Shown here in pieces: positions 35,177 to 47,323 of a stretch of 64,000 nucleotides of DNA. The DNA is from Eukaryota sp. GEM-RC1. Its lineage: Eukaryota. Within the stretch, counting starts at the first letter, position 1; each line of letters begins with the position of its first letter. The translations under genes and the position numbers were made by a program. The stretch spans positions 1,798,001 to 1,862,000 of the forward strand of contig JAUFOQ010000016.1 of assembly GCA_040285855.1 (NCBI GenBank). The letters run 5' to 3'. The notes under the pieces were generated by a model that made no database searches, was not told the DNA's origin, and worked only from the letters and a program-made list of their open reading frames with translations.

Positions 35177-35774
35177 CAGTGTTGCGCTATAACCAAAATA
35201 ATTTTGCCATACGCGTATGGGCGTATGGACGTATGGTAGAATGGCAGAATGGCTGACAATGGCCATCAAGCCATATCTAGCAGAATCTTTCCAACATCAG
35301 CTTAACTTCATAATGTCAAAATACCATCTCATACACTTCAATTTGTCATCAAATTAGTAAAACAAGTATGCTCTGTAGAATCGTGTGAAAGAGTTTGAGT
35401 ACGTACTCATTCATTCACAACAACCGATGAAACAGACTTTTTGTAGTTTATTCACATTATAGAACTGTTTTTAAAAAAAGTGAGATAACATCAACAACAG
35501 ACTTATAATGGAACGCACAAAAACTGGTTTCTATACACATCAATGGAACTCAGATAAAAGACATCCAGCAATGGAAGCAGAGATGGTATCCTGATTGGAT
35601 GAAGTGGTTTTTGGTTTTCAATAAAGTATATTTATCTACATAGTTATAAACATGTCATAGAGTCTCTGCGTCGAAGAAGTTCAAATACAGATACATGTAG
35701 TCAAAATGGGTATGGCAAAAACAGAAAATGAGTCCATACTTGTATAGCAAACAATGGTGCAACACTCAAACCTG
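35177..35774 (+). mobile_element. Decayed non-autonomous hAT element (598 bp)
   Basis: 8-bp TSD GCATTTTT (35169-35176 and 35775-35782). CAG...CTG termini with AGTGTTGC inverted motifs. CGTATGG subterminal repeats. Dimerisation-domain remnant QVCSVESCERV.STYSFIH..R.NRL. Confidence 0.75.
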
Positions 35775-35806
35775 GCATTTTTACTTTTTTTTCCAACTTA
35801 TTTGGA

Positions 35807-38149
35807 ATGACTACTACCACCACATTACGAGACAGATGTCTTGCACTTCCCTCTCTCACTGCTCCTTTTAACAAGACTAGAGAAGAAGCTATGCTTTTTC
35901 GTGCTGGCCAAGACTCTACTATTCCTTCAGTTGTGGCCAATACACGTATCATTGATTCTGGAGATGCTCCGCCTGCCTTTATTCACCCCACCTCCACAAC
36001 TTTTCCTTGTTGCAAAGAGCTCGCCATACAGGCCTGCTTTCCTCTAGGTTTCATCTGGACCCCTCTTCCCTCCAGCTGTAGCTCTCCAGTCACTCTGCAA
36101 GGTGTTCCTTCTCGCTGTCGTAGATGTCGTGGTTACCTCTCACCCCACGCAGCCAACCAAGGAAGATCTTGGATTTGTAGAATATGTGGCTGTGATAACA
36201 AATCAGAGGCCTCTAACTTCTTTGCTCAAGAACTTGATGAGAAAGCAATGAAGCACGGCGTAGTGGACTGCTTCCTTGACCTTTCAGAGACTGACTTCGA
36301 GTTCTACTCCCCAGTTAAAGGCTTGCCTGCTGCTGACGGAACCCACTTCCCTCTAACCGAGTCTTTCCTATTTGTTCTTGATGGCAGTCACTCTGCTGTG
36401 AAAGGGGACGTGCTGACGTGTAGTTGTATGGCTCTGAAGGAGTTGATTGGAAACCTACCAGATTCAGCGAGAGTAGGAATCTTAGTGATGACGTCTGCTG
36501 AGCTCTACTTGATTGACCTCGTCTCAAGTCCAAACAAACCTTCTCTGGTTATAATGCCTGACATATTAGATCCTTTCCTACCAATTCCCCCCGCATTTCT
36601 CCTCCCTCTTTTGTCTGACTCTATCTCCACTCTCTTAGATCTTCTTGATGACCTTCCCTCGTTAATTCCCTCCCCTGCATCTCATTTAACTGGTGCTGCT
36701 CTTGGTTCAGCGATGGTTCTTGCTTCTCAGCTCTACTCATCGTCTGCTGGTCGGGTTGTTGCACTTACTTCTAGTATTCCTAATGTTGGAGTTGGAGCTT
36801 TCATGGCTAGAGGAACCGCAGCGTTGGGTAGTGAAAAGGGGAAGCAATTGGTTTTACCTGCAAATGGACAGTGGAATGATATAGTTGCTGCCCTTAATCA
36901 ATCAAATGTGATTGTGGATTTGATTGGGATCACTAAGGAGGGAAATCATAATTTAGATTTCGCTACTGTCTCACTGCTCCCCAATCAAACTGGAGGTCGC
37001 TTAGTCAAAATCAAGACATCTCAGTCATCAACTGATTGCCTAACGTCACTACTCTACAGTAATCTATCTAAACTTTGCCTTCGAGATGTTGTTTTCAACG
37101 CCATTCTACGTGTACGAGCTGGTGGTCATTTTGAAATCAAAAAGATTCACTTTGGAAACTCTAAACCTTTATCACACGCAGAAGTTAGAACCCCAACCCT
37201 TGCTTCGGATACCACTCTTGTGGTTGAACTAGATATTGACCACAAAATGACTGACGCTGAGCTTGTGCCTATTCAATGTGCAATGTTGTTTACTAATTCT
37301 TGTGGAGATCGGCAGATTAGAATCGCCACTGCTTCTGTTACCGTTAGCAGCACGCTACCTCCAGTGTTTAGATATAGTTCCGCTGAAGCTATTGCAGTGT
37401 TATTTAGTAGGAGTTTGAGTGCAAATGTATTAAGTAAACCTTTGACTGGAATTCGGGAGGAATTTGTTACCAAATCTATTCATTTACTTACTTCCTATCG
37501 TTTGTATGCTTCCCAAAGGCCGCATCTGCCCCAACTTTTGCTACCAGAAACCTTACAATATTTCCCCATTCTTCTTTCCTCTTTGTTGAGATCGTGTTTG
37601 CTGTCTGAATCAGGGGATATTTGTCTCGATGATAGGTTTATGTTCCTCAACTTGTTGAAGTTTTCATCAGTTTTTGATTTTATTCTGGGACTTCATCCTT
37701 TTGTTTTTGATTTAACCGGTTTAACCGGATTTGCTAATAATCTGGCTGGTGAACCCATTCTACCTCGTCTTGTCCGACCTACTCAACATGCCTTTGAAAG
37801 TACTAAAGTTTTACTTATTGTAACTCACTCGGGTGCCTTTTTGTTTGTTGGTGATGATGTTGATGACCAGCAGAAGTCTAGAATAACTGTTGCTGATGAT
37901 CACGTGGCTTTTTCAGAGGATTGGTTGTCAAACTATGTAAATTATTGTATCCACCACGTTTGCAAATCTTATGTTCCAATCATGTACATTGGTGATCCTT
38001 TACATTGTAATTCTGTGGGTAAAAATGCAATTCTTTTGAAGGAATTGCTAGTTGAGGATTCAATTGGTAGTAACATGGGTTTACTGGATTTCTTGACTAA
38101 TCTTCATCATAAAATTGTTGAGAGAGTGAACGAGCTGAAACATAAATAG
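35807..38149 (+). CDS. SEC24: COPII coat subunit Sec24
   Basis: FI.PT...FP, RCRRCRGYL.P..W.C.IC zinc finger, FLFVLD.S vWA trunk, FNAILRVRA, IQCAMLFT...G.RQIRI.T, LLLPETL..FP and LVED. Confidence 0.92.
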   Translation: MTTTTTLRDRCLALPSLTAPFNKTREEAMLFRAGQDSTIPSVVANTRIIDSGDAPPAFIHPTSTTFPCCKELAIQACFPLGFIWTPLPSSCSSPVTLQGVPSRCRRCRGYLSPHAANQGRSWICRICGCDNKSEASNFFAQELDEKAMKHGVVDCFLDLSETDFEFYSPVKGLPAADGTHFPLTESFLFVLDGSHSAVKGDVLTCSCMALKELIGNLPDSARVGILVMTSAELYLIDLVSSPNKPSLVIMPDILDPFLPIPPAFLLPLLSDSISTLLDLLDDLPSLIPSPASHLTGAALGSAMVLASQLYSSSAGRVVALTSSIPNVGVGAFMARGTAALGSEKGKQLVLPANGQWNDIVAALNQSNVIVDLIGITKEGNHNLDFATVSLLPNQTGGRLVKIKTSQSSTDCLTSLLYSNLSKLCLRDVVFNAILRVRAGGHFEIKKIHFGNSKPLSHAEVRTPTLASDTTLVVELDIDHKMTDAELVPIQCAMLFTNSCGDRQIRIATASVTVSSTLPPVFRYSSAEAIAVLFSRSLSANVLSKPLTGIREEFVTKSIHLLTSYRLYASQRPHLPQLLLPETLQYFPILLSSLLRSCLLSESGDICLDDRFMFLNLLKFSSVFDFILGLHPFVFDLTGLTGFANNLAGEPILPRLVRPTQHAFESTKVLLIVTHSGAFLFVGDDVDDQQKSRITVADDHVAFSEDWLSNYVNYCIHHVCKSYVPIMYIGDPLHCNSVGKNAILLKELLVEDSIGSNMGLLDFLTNLHHKIVERVNELKHK

Positions 38150-38341
38150 GAAAATAATAAATTATTGTTTTATTTTGGACCTTTTCAACAGATTCCGAAT
38201 GACATGTAGACATTATATTACAAAAAACAGAATGATTAAATATTTGATCATCAAAACTTCTCCACTAAAACTGTAAATAAAATACAAGAAATTGAATACA
38301 ATAAGTTGTACACTAAGTGCTTTTGAGTGACAGTTTAATGC

Positions 38342-41069
38342 TTATTCTCCTGGGTCACGTATTTCTACACGGAAAACAAACTTTTTCCTGCTTTCATAGT
38401 CTTTTAGAGCTGTTTTTAAATCACAATAATTAAAAACATTTGGCAAATCTGGTGACATTACAACACCAGAATAAACATTCAAATCAGTTGTAACAAATTC
38501 AGTTATTGACTTTAATACAGCCAATGCTTCGTCAGCAGTAACAGCCACGTGTCCACAGCTCAAAAATCCACGTGATAGTGCAGCACAAGGAAGAAACAGT
38601 GATCCGATTCTTCGTTCAACATGAAAAGACGGTATTGCCGCCCTTTTCGGATTGTCTTTGAGATTCAACGAGAATTCCTTAACTTTCTTGGTCAAGGACA
38701 TCAAATCTCCCGTTAAAGAAAGATTAGGATGATACAAGGGGCAAGTGAAGACAAAACAGCGTTGACTTATGAGGTCAAACTGATTTTGACCGACAGAGAC
38801 AGTATACGTGCCACTTTCTGCATCAAAAATTCCACGTGACAGACAATCAAACGCTTTCCAATTCGAGAGCCAAACTGAGTGGCCAATTTCAAGAGAATAA
38901 CCGAAGATGTAAGGCATGCCTTTAACAATAGTAGAAACGAATTGAACGTCTACAAATCCAATAATTCCCTTTTCTCTTGCAGCTTTACCAATTTCTAAAG
39001 CAGCTCCAATAAGGACAGCATTCAAAGTTGACGATTGAGGTGAGATTGCAGTGACAAAATGACCAAACCAGGCAGGTATCATATCATAAGTCGTGATTAC
39101 AGAAGTGTCTGAAGGCGTTATTAGTAGGGAAACACGTGGATAACCAGCAATGTTATCTGGAATGGCTTCAACGACACCACCAGTAGAATCAAACAACGAA
39201 AAGAAATCTTGGATCGAAGAAGTTGAGAAAATATCATCATTTTTGAAATATCTCGGGTAAATTACACTTAAAAGTTTCTTGAAAACAAGTTTAAAATGCT
39301 CTTCGTACACATGAAACTCCACAGAATCTCCATGCGTATTTCCGACTCTCATAGCCTCCAATTCTTTATCACTTTTGATTGAACAAATAGCCGTGATTGG
39401 TCCTAGAGAAACGTCATCGCACGTGATCGCCCAATCAGTGTAATTTGGATTATTCCATGATATTTCAATTAACTCCTGTACCGCATCACCAGAATCCAAC
39501 ACATTAGTAACTCCAGGAAGTATCGAGATTCCTGCCAGTTGGAAGATCCTCCGATTACCACTTCTACTAGAGTAAATACTACAAGTAGAAGGTAAAGGAC
39601 CCAACACATGGAGACCATGACGAAGAGCCATTCTCCAGAGATCAACGGAAGCTCCAGGAAAAGAAGGGATCAGAACTCCTGATGACGTGACCAATCGAAG
39701 GTGATCACGTAGTTTTGACATGAACTTGGTGTCGATGAGGGCTGCTGAGCTGGTGGCAATCAAAGGGGCGACTTTCCTAATCAGTTGTGGAGTTAAAAAC
39801 CTTGCTCGGTGAGCTGATTTGTTCCGACCAATTGAGAGAATAAATGACCACTGAGTTTGAGTGTAATCATCCAGATCGTAATGGGAAAGGAACGTGAGCC
39901 CGACTTTTTGATTGTTCGACTCTCTGACGTCAGTGAGTGAGCCTAAATAGGAAAGTAACCGACATTGATAATGATTTGATTGTAGTTGGGAAGCAAAATT
40001 CGAGCTAGAAGTTGATGGAACATGGACTAAATGAATTCGTTTCGAAGAGAATATTTCTTCAAAATTCTCCTTGAAATTTGAAAATATTTGTTTAAACTGA
40101 GCTCCATCGTTTGAGTTATACTCATCAGCAATGGCTCTAGCATTGAGAGTTGCCACGTGGCATCTGTACTTCCGTTGAATCAGTTTGGCAGACTGATGAC
40201 GTATTAATAAGATCAAAAAGTCACGTTTACATAGAAATCTACGAATCATTGATTGAATCTTGACCGCAGCCTTTTTTCAATTAATTCAACACAATTTGAA
40301 TTATTCATAAATAATTTCAAAAACTACTCTCAAGTAAAGGAAAACCTGCTCCAATTTTGTTTGTTAATTTAACTAATTCTCGAGTATCAACAAAAGCCGT
40401 TGCGATTCCGTTTGACACGCAGAACTGGCCAACAACATTTAATAATCTCTCAACATCTTTCCAAATAGATAGATACACTCGGTGGAAAGCTTCATACTCT
40501 GGTGTTTCAACAGGTTTTCCATTACGGAGAATGAGAGTCTTGGAGTCGAAATCATCCATGATTTGATTGTAATCACGTGGACTCTTTCTAGAAGGTTTAG
40601 CACTAGCAGCAGAATGTGGCTTCGGAGGTAGTTTAAAATTGGTAGGTAACTCAGGAAAGTGACCACATGATGAGACACTTGCAACCGTATCCGAAGGAGT
40701 AATGGATGATCTAGAAGGAGCAGAGGCTGGATAACGGGGGGTGGTGAGGTCTAGCTTAAAGGAAGAAAAATCAAGACCAAAAGAGGAGTCTGACACTTTC
40801 TCCCTACGTTGGGAGACTGAAGGGTCTAGAAGAGCTACTTTACGTGGTCTAAGAGAAATAGTAGAAGCTAAAGTATTGTCGTTAGTAACTAGACCCCGTT
40901 CAACAAGGGAAAGAAGACTTGCTGTTGTCTCTTCTTTGGGTAATGGTGGTTTAAGTGAAGGGTCATTACGATAAGCTGAGGGTAGGATGTACTTGGGTTT
41001 AGTGGTTTTGTCCTTAATAAGACGACCTCCAGAAGGATCTCGCTTAGGTCTAGGTCTCTTTGATTGCAT
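38342..41069 (-). CDS. IQCH: IQ motif-containing protein H-like, two homopolymer frameshifts at ~40272-40325
   Basis: ILRNGK.V.TPEY.AF, IQ motifs AVKIQSMIRRF and AKLIQRKYR, VHVPS, LGP.P.....YS.RSG.RRIF..AG..I.PG, GGVVEA.P and GIIGFVDV.FV. Confidence 0.8.
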
Positions 41070-41236
41070 AGATGTTAATACATGGAATGTTGAAGAAATT
41101 CTGGGTGATAAAAGTAACTTTTTTGATTGAACAACATTGTAGAAAATCCATTCAGTAGCTAAGTCTACACATTGTGATGGAAGATTGTATATACTATTTA
41201 TTCAAATACGATTTACAAGAAAAACACAAAATCACA

Positions 41237-44200
41237 CTATTCTTTGGAATATTTGAAATTAAAATTCGTTTCAATAATTTGCCGCAGCTCAAAATTAAAC
41301 TCTTCTAAACTATCCAACTTCAACTTAGTCTTTTCTAGCTTATTTTTGGACTTTTTAATCGACGACTCCTTAGCTCTAATTTCGCCCACTAATTGAAGCT
41401 TTTCATCCTGCAAACTGACGATCTCCGCATCTTTCTTCTTCATTTCCGCTACAGATTCCCTCTCACTCTCCTGATGTCCTTCTTCAAGCTCAATCATCTG
41501 GTTATTCAGATCCATTACTTTATCTTCAGACTTTTTCCTTAGTTTGCAGATAACCTCTAATTCCTTCTCCAAAGAAGATCTCTGTTGGTCAAGATGAGAC
41601 ACCTTCTTTTCTAACGATGAGTTTTGATCTTTCAGGTCAGAAATCATCCGACGTTGATGGTCAAATTTGTCCTTTAGCGACGACAGTTGAGCCTTGGTCT
41701 CAGACGAAGCCGACATAGTATTTAATATTTGGGAATTATCATTTTCAAGGTTCTTAATAGTAGAGTTAAGAGAGTTGATTTGATCTTCTAGTTCAACCTT
41801 TTCAGTCATTAATTGGTCAATTGCAGCGTCCTTTAACAGTATTGATGTTTCTGCTTTGTCAAGAGAATTCTCTAGACGGGCAACCTTGAGTTGATATTGA
41901 TTGATAGCAACAAATGAGTTGGAGTCGGTTTCGTTGGATGAGATTGATTCGGTTAACTTGGACAATTCTTCACTCAAATTTGAATTTTCACTCTTGAGGG
42001 AAGAAATTTCGACGTTTAATTGTTCAATAACTCTAGAATTTTCGAAAAGAGACAAATTTTGTTTCCTAACATTTTCGAGTTCACCCAATAATTCATTCTT
42101 TTTGGACAATTCATCAGACAACTTTGAATTTTGATCAGAAAGTTCAGAAACTTGATTTCGTAAATGATCAATAATATCAATATTGTTGTGAAGATTAAAG
42201 TTCTTTTTCTGAAGTTTTTCCAACTCATCTAAATGTGTTTCTTTTTGGTACAAAGCTTCACTCAATTGTGATTTTTCCTTGTCGAGAGTGGAAATTTGAG
42301 ATTGTAAAGCTTCAACACGTTCGGAAAGCCACAAGTTTTGTTCTTTAATTGTTTCAATTTCACCTAAAAGTTCCGTGTTTTTAGACAATTCTTCGTTCAA
42401 TTGTGATTTTTCCTTGTTTAGAATAGAAATTTGAGATTGTAAAGCTTCAACATGTTCGGAAAGCGACAAGTTTTGTTTCCTAACATTGTCGAGTTCGCCC
42501 AATAATTCATTCTTTTTGGACAATTCATCAGACAAATTTGAATTTTGACTCTTGAAGGACGATATTTCGATTTTTAATTGTTCAATAACTCTAGAATTTT
42601 CAAATAGTGTCGAGTTTTGTTTGCTGATGTTTTCAAGTTCGCCCAATAATTCATTCTTTTTGGACAATTCATCAGACAAATTGGAATTTTGATCAGAAAG
42701 TTCAGAAACTTGATTTCGCAAATGATCAATGATATCAATATTGTGGTAAAGATTAAAATTCTTTTTCTGAAGTTTTTCCAATTCATCTAAATGTGTTACC
42801 TTTTGGGATAAATCTTCACTCAATTGTGATTTTTCCTGAATCAAAATGGAAACTTGAGATTGTAAAGCTTCAACACGATCAAAAAGCGACAAGTTTTGTT
42901 CTTTAATTGTTTCAATTTCACCCACATGTTCCATGTTTTTAGACAATTCTTCACTCAATTGTGATTTTTCCTCGTTGAGAGCAGATATTTGAGATTGTAA
43001 AGCTTCAACATGTTCGGAAAGCGACAAGTTTTGTTCTTTAATTGTTTCAATTTCACCCACATGTTCCATGTTTTTAGACAATTCTTCACTCAATTGTAAT
43101 TTTTCCTTGCTAAGAATAGAAATTTGAGATTGTAAAGCTTCAACATGTTCGGAAAGCGACAAGTTTTGTTCTTTAATTGTTTCAATTTCACCCACATGTT
43201 CCATGTTTTTAGACAATTCTTCACTCAATTGTAATTTTTCCTTGCTAAGAATAGAAATTTGAGATTGTAAAGCTTCAACATGCTCGGAAAGCGACAAGTT
43301 TTGTTCTTTAATTGTTTCAATTTCACCCACATGTTCCATGTTTTTAGACAATTCTTCACTCAACTGTGATTTTTCCTCGTTGAGAGTAGAAATTTGCGAT
43401 TGTAAAGCTTCAACATGTTCGGAAAGCGACAAGTTTTGTTCTTTAATTGTTTCAATTTCACCGACATGTTCCATGTTTCTAGACAATTCTTCACTCAATT
43501 GTGATTTTTCCTCGTTGAGAGTAGAAATTTGCGATTGTAAAGCTTCAACATGTTCGGAAAGCGACAAGTTTTGTTCTTTAATTGTTTCAATTTCACCGAC
43601 ATGTTCCATGTTTCTAGACAATTCTTCACTCAATTGTGATTTTTCCTCGTTGAGAGTAGAAATTTGAGATTGTAAGGCATCAAAAACTTCACTGTTGTCA
43701 GACAGAGTCACAGTTTGATCCTGAATTAATGACTCACGATCCTCCAACATAGATTCCAATAGGGCAACCTTCTGTCTATAATCACTATCTTTCTTCTTAA
43801 AGCTCTCCACCAATAGCTCCAGTTGTTCAACTTTCTGAGATCGTACATTCTGAAATCGTTCTGATTGCTCATACTCGCTTACAGTCTTCTTAAGATCTTT
43901 GTTCTCTGAAAGAACTTGTTCTAACTGAGTCCTGAGTGAAGAGTTAGACTCCAAGGAGGCGGACAAGTCTAGTTCAACAGAGTTTAGTTGGGACTGAAGA
44001 GTAGCATTTTCAGTAAACATGTTTTCAGTTGCAGATTCCATGGAGAGTCGAAGTTTGGTTTGCTCAGATAGTTGAGATTCTAGATCGGTTATGGTAGTCT
44101 TGTATTTACTTTCAATAGAAGAGAGTTGATTCTTTGGATCTGGAGACCAGCTATGACGTGGTGATAAAGCATTAGTACGTTCTCCAGGATGATTAGTAGG

Positions 44201-44323
44201 TTCATTAAGATCAGGAAAAGAGATTGAACCAAGATTTGATGGACCCCTGGCCTGTTTCGCCTGATTCAAGAAGGTTTGTGACCTCTGCCGGCGAGGTGAA
44301 GAAATCAAAGTAGGATTAGTCAT
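41237..44323 (-). CDS. Large coiled-coil protein (1028 aa) with 45/48-aa tandem repeats
   Basis: Intact ORF, E/L/S/K/Q-rich heptads, repeated EALQSQISTLNEEKSQLSEELS.NMEHVGEIETIKEQNLSLSEHV. Confidence 0.85.
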   Translation of the reverse strand: MTNPTLISSPRRQRSQTFLNQAKQARGPSNLGSISFPDLNEPTNHPGERTNALSPRHSWSPDPKNQLSSIESKYKTTITDLESQLSEQTKLRLSMESATENMFTENATLQSQLNSVELDLSASLESNSSLRTQLEQVLSENKDLKKTVSEYEQSERFQNVRSQKVEQLELLVESFKKKDSDYRQKVALLESMLEDRESLIQDQTVTLSDNSEVFDALQSQISTLNEEKSQLSEELSRNMEHVGEIETIKEQNLSLSEHVEALQSQISTLNEEKSQLSEELSRNMEHVGEIETIKEQNLSLSEHVEALQSQISTLNEEKSQLSEELSKNMEHVGEIETIKEQNLSLSEHVEALQSQISILSKEKLQLSEELSKNMEHVGEIETIKEQNLSLSEHVEALQSQISILSKEKLQLSEELSKNMEHVGEIETIKEQNLSLSEHVEALQSQISALNEEKSQLSEELSKNMEHVGEIETIKEQNLSLFDRVEALQSQVSILIQEKSQLSEDLSQKVTHLDELEKLQKKNFNLYHNIDIIDHLRNQVSELSDQNSNLSDELSKKNELLGELENISKQNSTLFENSRVIEQLKIEISSFKSQNSNLSDELSKKNELLGELDNVRKQNLSLSEHVEALQSQISILNKEKSQLNEELSKNTELLGEIETIKEQNLWLSERVEALQSQISTLDKEKSQLSEALYQKETHLDELEKLQKKNFNLHNNIDIIDHLRNQVSELSDQNSKLSDELSKKNELLGELENVRKQNLSLFENSRVIEQLNVEISSLKSENSNLSEELSKLTESISSNETDSNSFVAINQYQLKVARLENSLDKAETSILLKDAAIDQLMTEKVELEDQINSLNSTIKNLENDNSQILNTMSASSETKAQLSSLKDKFDHQRRMISDLKDQNSSLEKKVSHLDQQRSSLEKELEVICKLRKKSEDKVMDLNNQMIELEEGHQESERESVAEMKKKDAEIVSLQDEKLQLVGEIRAKESSIKKSKNKLEKTKLKLDSLEEFNFELRQIIETNFNFKYSKE
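41950..43680 (-). repeat. 135-bp coding tandem array plus 558-bp higher-order duplication
   Basis: About six near-identical 135-bp units at ~42870-43680 (GCGACAAGTT recurs at 43021 and 43561 = 4 x 135). The block at ~42000-42300 is repeated 558 bp away. Confidence 0.9.
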
Positions 44324-44355
44324 TGTCAGGAGAGAAAATTGTTTGATGTCACGTT

Positions 44356-45237
44356 CAGGGGTGGGAAAACAATATTACTCTTCCTGTCCAATATTGCAAT
44401 AAATATTGCTCCCATATTTATTGCCGCTCTTTGAGGTGGAGCAATATTTGTTGTTACACCGGTTAATTATTGAAATATTGGTCAATATACTTTGAGTTGT
44501 TCATTTCATTGTTTTACATCACCATTTTGGACTTCCACCCAAAACCATTTTTGTTGTCTTTGTTACTTTATCGGTAATGATTTCTAGTTGGTGTATTGTC
44601 ATAATGTCTGTCATTTGAGCTCAGTTCGACTGTTAACTAGAAGTACAATGTAAATTCTTTCCCTCACACTTCTGATTCTACATTGTCATAATTACTTTTA
44701 ATGACGAAGCCCAAAGAAACAGCACTATTCTATTATACGAAGTTAGATCCTCAACCAAGAAATACTCATTGAGAGCAAAGGAAGAAAAGGAGTCTCGGTA
44801 CATTGATTTAAACTTTATTCCTTCTACCTCTAACATATGTGAACGAATGTTCAGTAAATTAAAGAGAGTGATCAATTGCCACAGATTTTCTCTTAAGGCT
44901 TCGAGTCTTGAAATGCAAATATTGATGAAGGAGAACAGTGACTTTTGGGATGAAGCTACTTTAAGACATATCATGAGCAGTACAAAATACAAATTCGAAG
45001 ATGTAGATAATGGTATTGAGATTATTTCGGATATTTCTGATGATGAGGAACAATAGAATACATGTATGTGAGTTTTTTGTAATTAATACATAATATGATT
45101 CATATTGTTGCATTATTGCAATATTGCAATATTGGTCCAATAATTGCAATATTTATTGGCACTATTTCAGAATTGCAATATTTATTTTGTGGCTAAACAA
45201 TATTTATATTTATTGCAATATTGTTTTCCCACCCCTG
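44356..45237 (+). mobile_element. Non-autonomous hAT element (882 bp) with transposase C-terminal remnant
   Basis: TIRs CAGGGGTGGGAAAACAATATT. 8-bp TSD GTCACGTT (44348-44355 and 45238-45245). ORF remnant FIPSTSNICERMFSKLK.V....R.SL...SLE...LMK.N..FWD. ATTGCAATA subterminal repeats. Confidence 0.92.
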
Positions 45238-45557
45238 GTCACGTTACTATAAAATCGAGAATCTCTCAAAATTACTGCCGCAATTGTTATTTACATCGTT
45301 TAGATGAAGCAACCTAGGATCTACTATTTATACATACAAAGGATGTGATAAGAAATACAAATTTAGAATTTCAAAACCAAAAACATAGAATTAATGTACA
45401 TCACCTACTTCAACTTCGAGTGTAATCAGACCAACTTGCTTAACTGACGGAACCACCAGTACAAGCTTCCAATGTCTCCCACCACTACAGAATTCAATTT
45501 TTCCTGAGAAAAAGTGTTAGAATTCTAAACACATTTATTCTGTACAAACAATAGAAA

Positions 45558-47323
45558 TCACGATGATTCCATCGGTAAAGGTTTCACTATTGGACTTTCT
45601 AAAGACTTCTTCTGACTAACTGCTGAGGACATACCCTTTAGACTCACTCCACAAAACTTGGCTAATTCCTGCAAAAGTACAGATATACTGCTAAAGTCTG
45701 GTTGATTGTTCTGAAGTTCATCACATTCTGACCGTAATCGTTTAGAAAGGTCAGTGATTGAATCTAAACTCTTCGTCAAAGTGGCAAGTCTCTCAGTTAG
45801 ATTGGTTTCCGATGATTTGAGATCATTCTTGGAACTTGTGAGCTCTTTGTTGGTTTCCTGGAGTTGTTCAATGAACTTTCCTTGAATGACAGTTTTCTCC
45901 TCCAATTGAGTTACTTTTGACGTCAGCAGAGTGTTTTGATGGGAGGTCTCACGATGTTGGGCAGTCAACTCAGCGTTCTGAGCTTCCAAAATCTCAACTC
46001 TAGACTTTAGAGAGGAATTCTCTTTGAAAACTAAGTCAATATCTTGAGATTTGTGGGATATTTCAAGATTTTCGATCGACTTACCCACCAATTTTCGAAC
46101 TAATTTTAAATTTTCATCAGATAGCGGCAGTTTCTCGTTACTCACAAAAGCAAAGTAAACCAAGCACTGGAAAGCTAAAGTGGAAACTTCAGAAAAGAAT
46201 TATCATCGGGTAAGAGCAAAATTAATTTCTCCACTGAATTAAAAGGAATCGAATATTGCACATTTTTAGAATTTTCAAACATTTGTTTTAGAAGTTTTAA
46301 ACTGGTCAACCGAAGTTCCTCAGAGGATACCAATAGTTCAAAAACACCTTGCAAAAACTCTGAATTCTCAGCAATCACTGTCGCTACTATTGGGTCTTTT
46401 AAAAAGCACAATAAGCCGTTTAAAAGTTTCAATTTGTTTTCTGTGGACGTAACCGCTTCGAATTTAGAAAGAATCAGAGTCAAAAGGCTTCTTGTAGAGT
46501 CAATTTCGCGTAACAGAAACTTTGAATGTCTTGTAATTGAAGAAAAGCTTTCAAATACTGAGAAAAACTCATTTAAATACAAATTGTTATCTAACGAATA
46601 AAACAAAAGTTCCTCAATCATTGTCTGAATTTCCTTGGTAGAAAACGTTAAGGACAGAGTGGAGTTTAAAGAATTGGTTTGCATCAGCTGATTAATTAGA
46701 TTCATTAAAAACACGAGAAAAACTTCCGAATAACTTGAATGCTCGAGTAGGACTTCCAGAGACTTCTTCAGAATGGCGTTGACCAAGGTTGGACACGAAA
46801 GAAAACTTCTACTATGAGAATTGAAGATACTAGAAGCTAAAACAATGACCAGGTCCAGATCAACAGTCTGAGTAGAACAAGAATTGACAATGTTAGATAA
46901 CAGTGTGATACATTTCTCCGAATCTACTTGAGCAAAGTCAAGGAGAGATATGAAGTGGCAAAATGAAGGCCCAGTTAGAGAGTGGGTGATGGCTTTGTCT
47001 ACAATGGTTTCGATGTGGTCAGAAGAAGCTTTGAATTGGGAGAGGTAAGCAGAAAGAGCAGGAAAAAAAGATTCCGGGAGTGTTGATGATGTGATGAATG
47101 AAAGCAGACAGTGAAGAAGTTCACTGGAGAGATGGGAAGACAAATCGGCGTTGTTGAGAAGAGAGTGGAGGGGTGATATACATGGAACAGCTTCAGATAA
47201 GGTCTTGCAAGAAAACAGTGAAGATTCAATAGATTTGAAGAAGGATATGGATTTATCTGCTGAAAGTGGCAACAGAGATTGCAGAGAACTCCACAGACTG
47301 ACTGTTCTTGTGGAAGGAGCCAT
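45558..47323 (-). CDS. Hypothetical helical-repeat plus coiled-coil protein, frameshift ~46195
   Basis: ORFs 46175-47323 and 45558-46163 join at a T4 run (…NSFSEVSTLAFQCLVYF). AATAAA follows the stop. Confidence 0.65.

Noticed and set aside
42870..43680. CRISPR array or non-coding satellite
   Set aside because: The units are contiguous, in frame and lack unique spacers, so this is a coding repeat.
45420..45660. Possible intron: minus-strand CTAAC...TTTTTCTCAG branch/acceptor with GTGAGT/GTATGT upstream
   Set aside because: The upstream ORF ends normally at TGA 45558 followed by AATAAA, and the putative downstream exon is short and unrecognisable. It cannot be supported without RNA data.
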